Assembly (NCBI RefSeq): GCF_900232105.1
Contig: NZ_LT934425.1
Coordinates: 2,520,001-2,552,000, forward strand
Reading direction: 5' to 3'
Source of the DNA: Candidatus Kuenenia stuttgartensis
Lineage (GTDB): Bacteria; Planctomycetota; Brocadiia; Brocadiales; Brocadiaceae
Length of the DNA: 32,000 nucleotides
Positions 1 to 9,940 of the stretch are shown here, one piece after another. A model generated the notes under the pieces. It was given only the letters and a program-made list of their open reading frames with translations. It was not told the origin of the DNA and ran no database searches. The stretch's first letter is position 1. Every line of letters begins with the position of its first letter. Both the position numbers and the translations under genes were made by a program.

Positions 1-2
1 AA

Positions 3-72
3 GATAAAATATTTAAAGGAATGACGGTGGATGATATAGTTTCTGAAATCGAATCAAACAAAGATTTACCAT
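3..72 (+). CDS. C-terminal fragment of an ORF truncated by the window edge (...DKIFKGMTVDDIVSEIESNKDLP*)
   Basis: Open frame from the window edge to TAA at 70-72; too short to assign a family. Confidence 0.3.
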
Positions 73-127
73 AAAATTTATGAGGAGATTCGTAACGCAA
101 CGTTTTTAAAAGGAGAGAGAGGATGCT

Positions 128-298
128 ATGCCAGAGGAAGAATTTAAAAAAATCTTCGAAACACTGGAATGTATTATGGAAAAAGACAGTAATGAAGCGT
201 GGTCAGTATGGGAAGAACTTGGTAAAGGCGCTGCTGAAGGCAAATGGAACGATGCTTCTGAAAGACACTATTTCTGTTTGTACGGAATAAAGAAATGA
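128..298 (+). CDS. Small hypothetical protein (56 aa), possible antitoxin partner of the following PIN remnant
   Basis: ATG at 128 with an AAAGGAGA-like RBS at ~106-113; translation MPEEEFKKIFETLECIMEKDSNEAWSVWEELGKGAAEGKWNDASERHYFCLYGIKK; stop overlaps the next ATG (ATGA) as in TA operons. Confidence 0.45.
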   Translation: MPEEEFKKIFETLECIMEKDSNEAWSVWEELGKGAAEGKWNDASERHYFCLYGIKK

Positions 299-398
299 AA
301 ATCTTTATTGATACCAGCGCGTGAGTTGCCTTAGAAAACAAAAAAGACATTCACTTGATAAAGATTTTGAACAAATGGGCTTTGCAAAAAGACCTTAG
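295..398 (+). pseudogene. PIN-domain toxin remnant (N- and C-terminal ends only, internal deletion)
   Basis: MKIFIDTSA then in-frame TGA where W is typical (MKxxIDTSxW...), then LENKK, then in another frame DFEQMGFAKRP*, which resembles PIN C-termini (HFxQxGF). Confidence 0.5.
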
Positions 399-572
399 CT
401 AATATGTATATGCCATGTGAAATATTTTTCAAATTCTTTTTAAACAAATTTGGGAATCAGAGAAAAATTTTTCCACTTTCGTATCCGGGTTTATAATAGG
501 AGCATTTCCGATTTTTTGTAACCGTTTGTGTGATTGGGGCAAAACAACGCAGCAAGGGGGATGTGGCAAGCC

Positions 573-831
573 TGTCCCCCGCTGGCGGGGGATTAAGGGG
601 GTGGAATTGTCTGCGGAGGAAATCTGGGAGGTTTATAACATGAATAGCCATAAATTTTTCTTCTCATTCCTACGTTCTGCGGGAATGCATGTCACGAAGC
701 AGGATAAAATTGTCCATTTGACCAGTCTGCGGAGCGTGGGAAAGAGGGTCAAATTTGTTTTCATAATAAAGGGGTAGTTGAATCGATGGAGAAATCCAGT
801 CCACCCCCTGCACCCCCGCCAGCGGGGGACA
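573..831. repeat. Inverted repeat pair TGTCCCCCGCTGGCGGGGG..GGGGGTGGA (573-609 / 797-831)
   Basis: tgtcccccgctggcgggggattaagggggtggaattg at 573-609; near reverse complement ccagtccaccccctgcacccccgccagcgggggaca at 797-831. Confidence 0.75.
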
Positions 832-847
832 TAGTTTGAACAACAGG

Positions 848-998
848 CGCATTCCCGATTTTTGGTTAACTAATTGTACATTGTAACACAAGCATCCTGC
901 TTGTGGCATTTTACCCTCAAACAGGAAGCTTGTGTTACTATTCCTTTCCCTCTCCCCGCTAATGACATTTTTACAAAAATCGGGAATGCTCCCGTTCA
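848..998. repeat. Compact inverted-repeat unit: outer GCATTCCCGATTTTT arms, inner hairpin gtaacacaagcatcctg / caggaagcttgtgttac
   Basis: Inner arms 883-899 and 922-938 (one mismatch); outer cgcattcccgattttt near 849 and aaaaatcgggaatgc near 980-995. Confidence 0.7.
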
Positions 999-1152
999 TA
1001 ATAAAGAAACAGGCTTGCCCACAGGTATCTGAACTTTCGCTGACAGGCAATGAAGTTTTACAGCAATAACAAGACACTTAGTCAAAGATTTATCTGATAG
1101 ATTGTGTATAAAATTTATGTATTGTATGACAAGGTGAGAATGTTGCATTTTT

Positions 1153-2236
1153 TTGAGAGAGGCGTACAAGCGCTGCAAATCCAATGGAGGAAGCGCCGGG
1201 GCAGACGGGATTACATTTGAAGATGTGGAGTCATACGGGGTGGAGAAGTTTCTTGGAGAGATAATAGAGGAACTTGAAAACAAAACCTACGAACCACAGC
1301 CGGTACTGAGAGTGTACATACCTAAAACCAACGGTAAGACACGACCATTGGGAATCCCTGTGATAAAAGACAGGGTAGTGCAGATGAGTGTAAAGCTTGT
1401 AATAGAGCCGATATTCGAAGCAGACTTTGAAGATAGCTCCTACGGATTCCGACCGGGACGTTCAGCGGGCGATGCTGTGAGGAAAATCAAAAGAAAGACT
1501 GCGAGAAGGGAAAACAGAGGTATTTGACGCAGACCTTAGTTCTTATTTTGACACAATACCGCACAAGGAATTGTTACTGTTAATAGGGATGAGGATAAGC
1601 GACAAGAACGTACTGCACTTGATAAAAATGTGGTTAAAAGCACCGGTGGTAGAGGAAGGCAAACCAGGTGGCTGGAGGAAAAATAAGATAGGAACACCGC
1701 AGGGAAGCGTAATATCACCATTATTAGCAAACATATATCTGCACATGCTCGATAAAGCAGTCAATAGAGAGAATGGGGTTTTCTATAAGTATGGGATAAC
1801 AAATCATACGTTATGCGGATGATTGGGTACTGATGGCAAAGCGAATACCTCGTGAAGCATTAGACTATCTCAATAGGAAACACAAGAAATACTGGAACAT
1901 AGAACCAAGCAAGAAATCACAAAAGAAGGTTAGGGAAAAGATAGGAAACTACCTCAAGGGCAATGGGCATAAAGCGGCGGAAAAAGTAGCTAATGAATTG
2001 AATGCAATAACAAGAGGATGGATAAATTATTTCACAATAAAGGAGTAACGTATCCAAACAAGGTGAAAAGAGACCTACGATATTATCTTTTCAGGAGATT
2101 GACGAGATATTATAAGAGGAAAAGTCAGCGCAGGAGCAAGCTCTATAATCGGGGAGCGTTTAAGGAATTAGTCAATAGATATGGACTAATAGACCCGACA
2201 AAATATGTTCCTGTCAGACAACCTGTGAAAGCTTAA
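1153..2236 (+). pseudogene. ltrA: Group II intron reverse transcriptase/maturase (LtrA-like), degenerate
   Basis: Pieces in several frames: REAYKRCKSNGGSAGADGITFEDVE.., [101 protein letters not shown], then a maturase domain with ITRGWINYF. Frameshifts lie near 1520, 1800 and 2030. Confidence 0.9.
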
Positions 2237-2252
2237 GAAGAAGACTGTCCGG

Positions 2253-2287
2253 AAAGCCGTGTGCGGGAAAATCGCATGCACGGTTTG
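2253..2287 (+). ncRNA. Group II intron domain V
   Basis: aaagccgtgtgcgggaaaatcgcatgcacggttt resembles the domain V consensus (GAGCCGTATGCGGtGAAAgtCGCACGTACGGTTC) and sits just after the maturase remnant. A TTTCTACCTCTACC motif at ~2393-2406 resembles an intron 3' end. Confidence 0.8.
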
Positions 2288-2443
2288 ACGAGGGGGGCAG
2301 ATGATAAGTATATGGCGGAGATATGGTGGCACTGGCGGAAAACCAGCCAGCAAACAGAGAAAACAAACTTCTGCCTAAATTCTCGTCGTCTGTTTCTACC
2401 TCTACCGTTTATTCGTGGCTAAATAATTAAATGGAGAGAAAAT

Positions 2444-2661
2444 ATGTTTGATAGAATATACATTTGATTCTCAGATTATGGGTGGAAGAGCGTGTATTAG
2501 AGGTATGAGATTCCCGGTTTCTGTAATTGTTGGGCAAATTGCACATGGGGCTACCTATTGAGGAGGTACTGGTTGACTATCCAGACCTGGAACGTGAAGA
2601 TATACAGCAGGCATTAGAGTATGCAGCGTGGTTGCAGCAGGAGGAAGTCCATACGGTATAA
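2444..2661 (+). pseudogene. DUF433-family antitoxin-like gene, frameshifted
   Basis: Reconstructed across frames: FDSQIMGGRACIRGMRFPVSVIVGQIAHGA..EEVLVDYPDLEREDIQQALEYAAWLQQEEVHTV*, matching the DUF433 pattern (GKPCIRGTRIPV...DYPxLTxEDIxAAL). Confidence 0.75.
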
Positions 2662-2670
2662 GTGGTTAAA

Positions 2671-3054
2671 ATGAGATTTATTGCAGATATGGGTATTGCC
2701 ATGAAGGTTGTTGAATGGCTAAGGGAAAACGGACACGATGCAGTGCATCTTCGGGAAGAAGGTTTACACAAACTTTCGGATAGGGAAATTTTTAAAAAAG
2801 CTGGCCTCTGAGGGGCGTATTATTTTGACTTTTGATTTAGATTTCGGAGAAATTATTGCCCTTTCTGAAGGAATATTAGTTAGTGTTATTCTTTTCCGAC
2901 TTCGAAATACTCGCACACCACATGTCATGAACGTCTTGAACATGTATTGATGAATCTTGTGATTCGCTTAAAAGAGGGGTCAGTTGTTGTTGTAGAAGAG
3001 ACACGACATCGTATCCGTAAATTACCCATAAAGACTGAAGAGGATTGGCGATAA
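2671..3054 (+). pseudogene. DUF5615 (PIN-like) toxin-like gene, frameshifted
   Basis: MRFIADMGIAMKVVEWLRENGHDAVHLREEGLQTLSDREIFKKA...ILTFDLDFGEI..., ending VIRLKEGSVVVVEETRHRIRKLPIKTEEDWR*; starts 10 nt after the DUF433 remnant. Confidence 0.7.
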
Positions 3055-3148
3055 CAATGAAACCAATTATTTCTGTGGAGATCGGATTTTAGAAATGGTT
3101 TGGACACAGATGAACACTGATGGACACGGATTATCGGCATATTAATTT

Positions 3149-3285
3149 AAAGATCTGACCGAGAAGATTATCGAAATCTTCTTTAAAGTTTATAATAACT
3201 TGGTTACGGTTTTCTGGAAAAAGTTTATGAAAATGCAATGATGATAGAATTCAAAAAAGAAGGCATTCACGCTGTATCACAATAA
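3149..3285 (+). pseudogene. GxxExxY-type protein remnant
   Basis: DLTEKIIEIFFKVYNNL then, after a frameshift, GFLEKVYENAMMIEFKKEGIHAVSQ; characteristic GxxExxY-like core. Confidence 0.55.
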
Positions 3286-3627
3286 TTATTTGTTGTTCGT
3301 GTAAATTTAGAAACCGTTCAAGATTACTGCCAAGCTATAGGACACAGATAACGCAGAGACGACACGGAGAAAGTATTTAAATGCACCTGTGAAAGATGGG
3401 ATTTAGAGATTTGTCCCTTGGTTTTTGCATGTGCCTCTTTGGTTATGTGGCACACACTATGAAGAAAGGAAACGCAACCAATCTTCCCCTTTTGCCGTTG
3501 ATTTCACATAATGATTTTGTTACTTTTGTGTTATGTATAAGTCTTCGACCTTATAAAAACCCTGAACCCAAAATCGGCGAAGAAGAGGCCCATAGAGTTC
3601 ATTGAATCATTTATTAATCATTTAAGG

Positions 3628-3859
3628 GCGATATTGCTACGAAAACTGACCTTCAATTGCTAAGATAGACATCGAAGGTAGCTTGACAAACTCGATACAA
3701 AGATTGAATGGGTAAAGAGCGAGCTTGAGGGTAAAATCTAAAATTCCAGGCTTGATTTAATGGACAAATCGGGGCGGCAAAGATAGATATGCTCAATGGC
3801 TTTTTGGTTTCTGGATTACACTCATGGGAACTATTATTGCCCTATGGTTATCCAAATAG
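3628..3859 (+). pseudogene. Coiled-coil/TM protein C-terminal remnant (DUF1640-like)
   Basis: KLDTKIEWVKSELEGK... then RYAQWLFGFWITLMGTIIALWLSK* in a shifted frame. Confidence 0.45.
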
Positions 3860-3997
3860 CATCCTGCCTGAATTTTTTTGAGAAAATAACTAATAATGCC
3901 AACAGTTCTTAACATAGCGCCAAGCGCCTAAAAATCTGCCATAGTCAGAACTCTTACCGATGCACATTGCATGTTACTTTAAGATACGGAGGTTTTT

Positions 3998-4441
3998 ATG
4001 CCCATTATAAACACCCTTGAGATTTACGAAGACTTAAAATCACAATTCAAAGAAGATGAGGCGCGCACTTTGACAAAGGCATTAGAAAAATCTTTGGAGG
4101 AATACCAAAGAAAGCAGGAAAGTTTTTTGGCAACAAAGGATGATATTGCTAAACTCCGTGAAGAGCTGAAAGACGATATAATAAGTTTAAGTTTAATAAC
4201 AAAAAATGATATTGCCAATTTGCGAAGTGAACTGAAGGATGATATTGCCAATTTGCGAAGTGAACTGAAGGATGATATTACCAAATTCCAAATAGAAACG
4301 AAAAACGATATGACTAAACTTCGTGAGAGCTGAGAAAGATATTAATAAGGTAAGAAATGATCTTGCTAATGCAAAGGCCGAAATTATCAAGTGGTTATTT
4401 ATATTCCTGATAGGTCAGGGAGCGACAATTATTAGTATTTG
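3998..4441 (+). pseudogene. DUF1640-like coiled-coil protein with C-terminal TM helix, split by a frameshift near 4330
   Basis: MPIINTLEIYEDLKSQFKEDEARTLTKALEKSLEEYQRKQESFLATKDDIAKLREELKDD... continuing in another frame as EKDINKVRNDLANAKAEIIKWLFIFLIGQGATIISI*. Confidence 0.65.
4208..4273 (+). repeat. Perfect 33-bp tandem duplication (2 copies) inside a coiled-coil ORF
   Basis: gatattgccaatttgcgaagtgaactgaaggat twice in tandem (DIANLRSELKD x2). Confidence 0.95.
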
Positions 4442-4473
4442 AAGTTTATAAAGTGAAAATAAGGAGGTTCGCC

Positions 4474-5014
4474 ATGACACCGGTTCTGGAAAATAAAAGT
4501 ACACCTATGAAGATTATTTGAAAATTTCTGATGATAAAAGGTACGAACTGATTGATGGAGAATTAATTATAACACATTTCCGAGCACGAGGCATCAAAGG
4601 ATTTCGAGGAAGATTGAATTTGTTATTGAGAAATTTGTAGCAGATAATAATCTGGGAGGTCTTTGATGCTCCCTATGATGTTTATCTTGATGAAGAAAAT
4701 GTTGTTCAGTCGGATATCCTATTTGTTTCAAGAGACAGGTTGAGTATCATTGGTGAAAAGAATATCAGGGATCACCTGACATGGTAATTAAGATAGTTTC
4801 TGAAAATAGCGCATATAGAGATATTGTGCAAAGAAAAATCTTTATGCGAGATTTGGTGTAAAGGAATACTGGATCGTGATACCGGAGACCTAAGAGATAG
4901 AAATCTATATGCTGGAAGAAAACCATTACGGTTGTATAAGACAACGGGAAAAACGAATCTCTTGAATCGCCTGTGCTAAAGGGCTTAAGAATGGAGTTAA
5001 ATAATATACTTTAG
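4474..5014 (+). pseudogene. Uma2-family (DUF820) restriction-endonuclease-fold protein, frameshifted
   Basis: AAGGAGG RBS then ATG; pieces MTPVLENK..., APYDVYLDEENVVQSDILFVSRDRLSIIGEKNI, VKEYWIV-like region, and C-terminal SPVLKGLRMELNNIL* resembling Uma2 SPLLPGLxxxLxxIF. Confidence 0.7.
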
Positions 5015-5659
5015 AAACAAGCATATGACCAGTTGGTAGGCTAGCGTTAAAACCTCCAGCCCCCAATCGTCGCCAGGTATATTTGTTACCAAACAACATC
5101 CCCTTTTAAACCATACGGCTTTCCCGTAGTTAGCGACCCCTGCAGAGTTGCGCTATAGCAGAGAATGGACGTTAATACCATGCAAAGCATCTGGCGATCT
5201 CCAATTGTCATTAGAATTTGTTTCGGTTTCGCGTTCGTGAAGGTTGCAGTTTAATTCCAGTTGCAGGGTTTAATTATTTGGGGTGAAGTTCCGTTATAGG
5301 GAAAAATTGAAAAGGTCTGCCTTCCGGATCGGAGAAATTTATTCGGGAAAAAAGATTGCAGGCAGACCGCCGTTACGCCACGCCATGCAGTCTGTCCCAA
5401 AAATAAAAATGACAGGTGTAAGAGGTAGTTCCCATTCCCTCTCTTTTGTTTTTTTCTTGCTTCAAGGTAATTAATTATATAAAATCTTCAAATTTTGCAA
5501 AAAAGCAAATGTACCTATTTTACCGAAATACCAACAGGCTTGTTTTACGGCATTTCGATAAAAAATACAGTGTTTTTATTCTTTTTTTCTGTAGTTTACA
5601 GCGTAGTAAATTTTTCGGGTATGTCGCAAATTTTTGACTTTGTTGTGTTTGCGGTTTTT

Positions 5660-5736
<77 letters not shown>

Positions 5737-5769
5737 TATTCATTTCAGCTAAGCCTTATATACATTTGT

Positions 5770-5846
5770 GGTGAGCGTAGCTCAGTTGGTTAGAGCATTA
5801 GACTGTGGCTCTAAGGGTCGCGGGTTCGAATCCCGTCGCTCACCCA
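5770..5846 (+). tRNA. tRNA-His(GTG)
   Basis: Acceptor GTGAGCG/CGCTCAC with G-1:C73, anticodon loop CTGTGGC. Confidence 0.95.
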
Positions 5847-6085
5847 TTTTTTTCAATTCCTGATTGATACATCTTTCGTTATTCTTTAATAATAAAAGAA
5901 CAGCGTATTTAAATACATTAAGTGTCTATTAGCGGTTTTGGACGCCATATTTATTTCGTGATAGAATTTTTGCGGGGTGAAATCAGGTTGACATTTGTCC
6001 TATCTTCTATAATAAATTGCTTGGACTTTATTTTATTGTCCAATTTTTGATGTATGAACGACTGCGCCGACATTGCGTTTTTTTT

Positions 6086-6163
6086 GCGCTCGTAGCTCAA
6101 TTGGATAGAGTGGTGGACTTCGAATCCAAAGGTTGCCAGGTTCAAGTCCTGCCGGGCGCGCCA
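6086..6163 (+). tRNA. tRNA-Arg(TCG)
   Basis: Acceptor GCGCTCG/CGGGCGC, anticodon loop CTTCGAA, encoded CCA. Confidence 0.93.
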
Positions 6164-6193
6164 TTCTTAAATTTTTTCAATAAATAACCTTTT

Positions 6194-6269
6194 GCGCCCT
6201 TAGCTCAGATGGTAGAGCAACTGACTCTTAATCAGTGGGTCGGAGGTTCGATCCCTCCAGGGCGCACCA
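6194..6269 (+). tRNA. tRNA-Lys(CTT)
   Basis: Acceptor GCGCCCT/AGGGCGC, anticodon loop CTCTTAA, encoded CCA. Confidence 0.95.
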
Positions 6270-6561
6270 ATAAGATTGTCGTTTTTAGTACGTCGGGCAT
6301 ATCGTTTAATTGAAATTAAAACAGTGCCATTACGATGAGGGCATTGAAAACTCAATACCTTGCAAATGTAAGATTAAAACTGCTCAGTCGTTGTTTATGA
6401 TGGAAGACAATAGGTCTCTGTTTTAGTAAAACGCGATACTGGCTTAGCAAAATTGCAAGAAGTATTTAAACGTAATTGCTGTTTATTCGGTTGATATATT
6501 TTTATGCCGCAATTGTAATTTTAATTGAGAAATTTTATTTCTTGATTTTAAACAGAGGTCT

Positions 6562-6643
6562 GCGAGGGTGGCGGAACTGGCAGACGCGCAAGACTTAGGA
6601 TCTTGTACCTTAACGGTGTGGGGGTTCGATTCCCCCCCTCGCA
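6562..6643 (+). tRNA. tRNA-Leu(TAG)
   Basis: Class II tRNA, acceptor GCGAGGG/CCCTCGC, anticodon loop CTTAGGA, long variable arm. Confidence 0.92.
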
Positions 6644-6663
6644 TAAATATGCGAATATAAAAA

Positions 6664-6738
6664 GCGGGTGTAGCTCAGTGGTAGAGCATCACGTTGCCAA
6701 CGTGAATGTCGTGGGTTCGAGCCCCATCACCCGCTCCA
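6664..6738 (+). tRNA. tRNA-Gly(GCC)
   Basis: Acceptor GCGGGTG/CACCCGC, anticodon loop TTGCCAA, encoded CCA. Confidence 0.95.
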
Positions 6739-6776
6739 ATTTTTTAGCAAGTGTTTAGAATACGGAATGATGAATC

Positions 6777-8084
6777 ATGAATATAACAATTGAAAATGCA
6801 GGGCCTTGTAAGAAACTTTTAAAGTTTGAAATTCCCAAAGAAGCAATAGAAAGCGAATTAGAGAAAAAGACGTTGGAAGCCTGTAGTACTGTACAGCTTC
6901 CAGGTTTTCGAAAAGGACACGTACCCAGAAAACTGGTTGAGAAACGATTCGAAACCCAAATCAAAGAAGATGTGAAGCAATCCCTCATAAGCGAATCGTA
7001 TGAAAAGGCATTAGAAGAAAACAAAATCGAACCTGTAGGCGAACCTAAATTTGACCCTGAGTTCGGAAATTTGAATCTTGAAATCGGGAAACCGCTCACC
7101 TTTGACGTTACGCTTGAAGTTTTGCCTGTATTTGAAGTAGGCCAATATAAAGGTTTACAGTTAAAGAAGAAGGCGATCGATGTGTCTGAAGAAGAAATTG
7201 ATAAGCTCCTAAAAGAATTGGCGCTGCAAAAAGCGCAATTTACTGTTGTGAGTGGTGGAGGTATAGAAGAAAAGGATCTTATTATTTGTGACTGCAAAGT
7301 TGAAGTAAATGGTATAACTGTTTTTGAAGACAATGACATAGAAGTCAGTGTTGTAGACGGAAGCAAAATTGCTCATACGGAAATCCCTGAGTTGGTAAAA
7401 TATTTAAAAGGAAATACAACTGGTGCCACATGTACGATTAATGTTGTATTATCTGATACGTTCAATATAAAAGAATATCGTGGAAAAGAAGCAAGTATAA
7501 AACTTGTGGTTAATGAGATAAAACGTTTAAGCCCTCCGGAAATAGATGAGGATCTTGCCAAAACCTTAAATTTTAAATCACTGGAAGACTTAAAATTAAA
7601 TGCCAGAAAGCGCCTGGAAATAAATAAGAATATCTGGGCAGAAAACGATTTGAGGACGCAGATTCTTGATACACTTTTGGCTCAAACACAATTTGATCTG
7701 CCGAAGGACTTTATTAACAAACATGCAGAAGAAAGGGTATATAAGCATCAGCTTGATTTGGTAAAAAGAGGCGTTCCGTTTGAAGAGGTTCAAAAACAAA
7801 CTGAATCAATGAAAAGCGTTTCAGAAGAATCCGTAGTGAAAGAATTAAAGGCATCGCTTATAATTGAGTATATTGCGAAAAAAGAAAAAATATTTGTAAC
7901 TGAAAACGAAGTTGAACAACGAATAGTGGAAATTGCATATTCTTATAACACAGATAAAAAAGTTGTTCGAAAACAACTGGAAACACAGGGAAACTTATCT
8001 TATTTACGGAACGAAATGCGGGAAGATAAGACATTGGCTTTTTTGTTAAAGGAAGCAAAAATTGAACAGGAAGCAGCGAAATAA
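6777..8084 (+). CDS. tig: Trigger factor
   Basis: 435 aa; N-terminal VQLPGFRKGHVPRKLVEKRF ribosome-binding signature and PPIase region; immediately upstream of clpP. Confidence 0.93.
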   Translation: MNITIENAGPCKKLLKFEIPKEAIESELEKKTLEACSTVQLPGFRKGHVPRKLVEKRFETQIKEDVKQSLISESYEKALEENKIEPVGEPKFDPEFGNLNLEIGKPLTFDVTLEVLPVFEVGQYKGLQLKKKAIDVSEEEIDKLLKELALQKAQFTVVSGGGIEEKDLIICDCKVEVNGITVFEDNDIEVSVVDGSKIAHTEIPELVKYLKGNTTGATCTINVVLSDTFNIKEYRGKEASIKLVVNEIKRLSPPEIDEDLAKTLNFKSLEDLKLNARKRLEINKNIWAENDLRTQILDTLLAQTQFDLPKDFINKHAEERVYKHQLDLVKRGVPFEEVQKQTESMKSVSEESVVKELKASLIIEYIAKKEKIFVTENEVEQRIVEIAYSYNTDKKVVRKQLETQGNLSYLRNEMREDKTLAFLLKEAKIEQEAAK

Positions 8085-8114
8085 TTTCTGATTTATTAAC
8101 CTAAAGGAGTTTTT

Positions 8115-8789
8115 GTGTATAAAGATTATTTGTCGCGTTTAGAAAATGGTGCGTTTCCGGATGTTTCTCCACAAATGAAACAAGGGGCGCTTTTTGTTCC
8201 GTATGTTGTGGAAAAAACGGGGCATGGAGAAAGACATTATGATATTTTCTCGCGGTTACTTAAAGATCGTATAATTTTTATCGGATCAGCCATCGAAGAT
8301 ACGTTAACAAATTTAGTTATAGCACAGATACTCTTTCTTCAGAATGAAAACAAAAATCAGGATATTAATATTTACATTAACTCGCCCGGAGGATCCATAA
8401 CTGCAGGTTTAGCCATTTACGACACGATGCAATTTGTACAATGCGATGTTGCTACTTTCTGTATTGGGCAGGCATACAGCATGGCTGCTATTCTCCTTGC
8501 AGGTGGCACAAAAAACAAAAGATTTGGTCTCCCCCATACACGTATCATGTTGCACCAACCTTGGGGAGGAATGCGGGGTACTGCGACTGACATTAGCATC
8601 CAGGCGGAAGAAATTCTGAAAATGAAAAAGTGTTTAAACGAAATCCTTGTAAAACATACAGGACAGCCTTTGGAACGTATAGAGGCAGATGTTGACCGCG
8701 ACTTTTACATGTCATCACATGATGCAAAAGAATATGGTTTGATTGATGAAGTAATTGAATCGCTACGAGATAAGAAGGAGAAGGAATAA
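8115..8789 (+). CDS. clpP: ATP-dependent Clp protease proteolytic subunit
   Basis: GTG start with AAAGGAG RBS; [44 protein letters not shown], and [21 protein letters not shown]. Confidence 0.95.
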   Translation: MYKDYLSRLENGAFPDVSPQMKQGALFVPYVVEKTGHGERHYDIFSRLLKDRIIFIGSAIEDTLTNLVIAQILFLQNENKNQDINIYINSPGGSITAGLAIYDTMQFVQCDVATFCIGQAYSMAAILLAGGTKNKRFGLPHTRIMLHQPWGGMRGTATDISIQAEEILKMKKCLNEILVKHTGQPLERIEADVDRDFYMSSHDAKEYGLIDEVIESLRDKKEKE

Positions 8790-8875
8790 GTATTTTGCAA
8801 TGCAGAAATATTTTGACAAAACACAAGTATAGATCGTGACTTTTATTTTTAAGTTTTTTTAAAGGAGGAATGTTG

Positions 8876-9208
8876 ATGCATAGAGTGCAAAAACGCGTAA
8901 TGGTTGTTTTGTTAATGTTTGCAGTAGCCTTTATCGTAGGTCAGGGTAACGTTAGTTTTGCAAAGGCGAAGCTGCAAGGGCATGTAAATATTAATACGGC
9001 AACTGAGGCACAATTGGCAATGTTGCCGGGCATTGGTGAAAAACTGGCAAAAGAAATAGTTGCGCATAGAACAAAAATAGGACCTTTCAAAACAACCGGA
9101 GATATTATAAAAGTAAAAGGACTAAAAGATAAAAAGTTTGAAAAATTTAAAGATTTCATAGTTTTGGAAGGCGAAACAACGATAGAAGAGATAAAAGAGA
9201 AGAAGTGA
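8876..9208 (+). CDS. Secreted helix-hairpin-helix (ComEA-like) protein
   Basis: AAAGGAGG RBS at 8861-8868 favours ATG 8876 (ORF track starts at 8870); signal peptide then VNINTATEAQLAMLPGIGEKLAKEIVAHRTKIGPFKTTGDIIKVKGL. Confidence 0.85.
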   Translation: MHRVQKRVMVVLLMFAVAFIVGQGNVSFAKAKLQGHVNINTATEAQLAMLPGIGEKLAKEIVAHRTKIGPFKTTGDIIKVKGLKDKKFEKFKDFIVLEGETTIEEIKEKK

Positions 9209-9254
9209 TTGCCTTTTAAAGAATAAATACAATACGAATCTTAGATAGTAAGAA

Positions 9255-9295
9255 AAGAAGGGGCGTCCAAAACAGGCGTCCCTTCTTTGTTTTAA
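9255..9295 (+). terminator. Probable rho-independent terminator
   Basis: aagaaggggcgtccaaaacaggcgtcccttctttgtttt: GC-rich hairpin followed by T-rich tract after the HhH gene. Confidence 0.7.
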
Positions 9296-9537
9296 AGTGT
9301 AAGGTTGTTGTAATTAACAAATAGTCGTAACTATTCAGCGTAATCTATTAAACTACCGAAGCACAACTCGTTCTCAAATCTTGTACTGAACATAGTGAAG
9401 TATATGATTGGGTACATAATGGCAATGGAAACTTCATTCGTTGGTTCAGGTTTGTAAACTGAACCAAACGTTTTATACTTTCAATCCCGCCTTCTATTAG
9501 CAGAACAAATTACAAATAAATTCCGGATTCCAACCAG

Positions 9538-9613
9538 TCATCATGTTTCATTTGCAACACCCGGAAACGATCAAAATGGTTTTATAACCATATCGTGTTG
9601 TAGTATCTGTGCT
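9538..9613 (+). repeat. Direct repeat copy A (~76 bp)
   Basis: tcatcatgtttcatttgcaacacccggaaacgatcaaaatggttttataaccatatcgtgttgtagtatctgtg...; copy B at 10030-10105. Confidence 0.9.
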
Positions 9614-9711
9614 TAAACTATTTTTTGTAGTCTTACTTTTGAGTCGGAAACATCCGGCATTTCCGTTTCTGTACCGGTTCAAATGTATAGGGCCATCCAA
9701 AGGGCCTCAGC

Positions 9712-9802
9712 TTGTCATTGCAGGTGTTATTTGCAAGGGTCTCGGCTTTGTCATTGCAGGGGGTCTCCGCTTGTCATTGCGAGGGTCTTTTCTGAAGCAA
9801 TC
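9712..9802 (+). repeat. REP-like array, left arm (three GTCATTGC/TTGCAAGGGTC-type units ending gaagcaatc)
   Basis: gtcattgcaggtg..., gtcattgcagggggtc, gtcattgcgagggtcttttctgaagcaatc; inverted counterpart at 9941-10019. Confidence 0.85.
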
Positions 9803-9940
9803 AGTATACTACGAGATATTTCGTGACGTAAGAAACGTCATATCCCGGGAGAAGCAAATTAAGGGTGGCTCAAGGGCTAAAAAAATAGAATTAATTAATG
9901 GAATGAATGCAGGATGGAAGGATCTCTATAAAGGTTTATG

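Noticed and set aside
457-651. 64-aa minus-strand ORF and the opposing 526-777 ORF
   Set aside because: Both overlap the GC-rich inverted repeat and have no domain features.
3396-3605. 69-aa plus-strand ORF
   Set aside because: No family match or RBS; lies among pseudogene debris.
1-5014. Possible novel defence island (Uma2, PIN, RT)
   Set aside because: Each component is a recognisable decayed member of a known small family. The RT pairs with group II intron domain V rather than a retron or DRT context, and no intact effector is present.
6755-7366. 203-aa minus-strand ORF
   Set aside because: Antisense to the well-supported trigger factor gene; Ser-rich composition typical of shadow ORFs.
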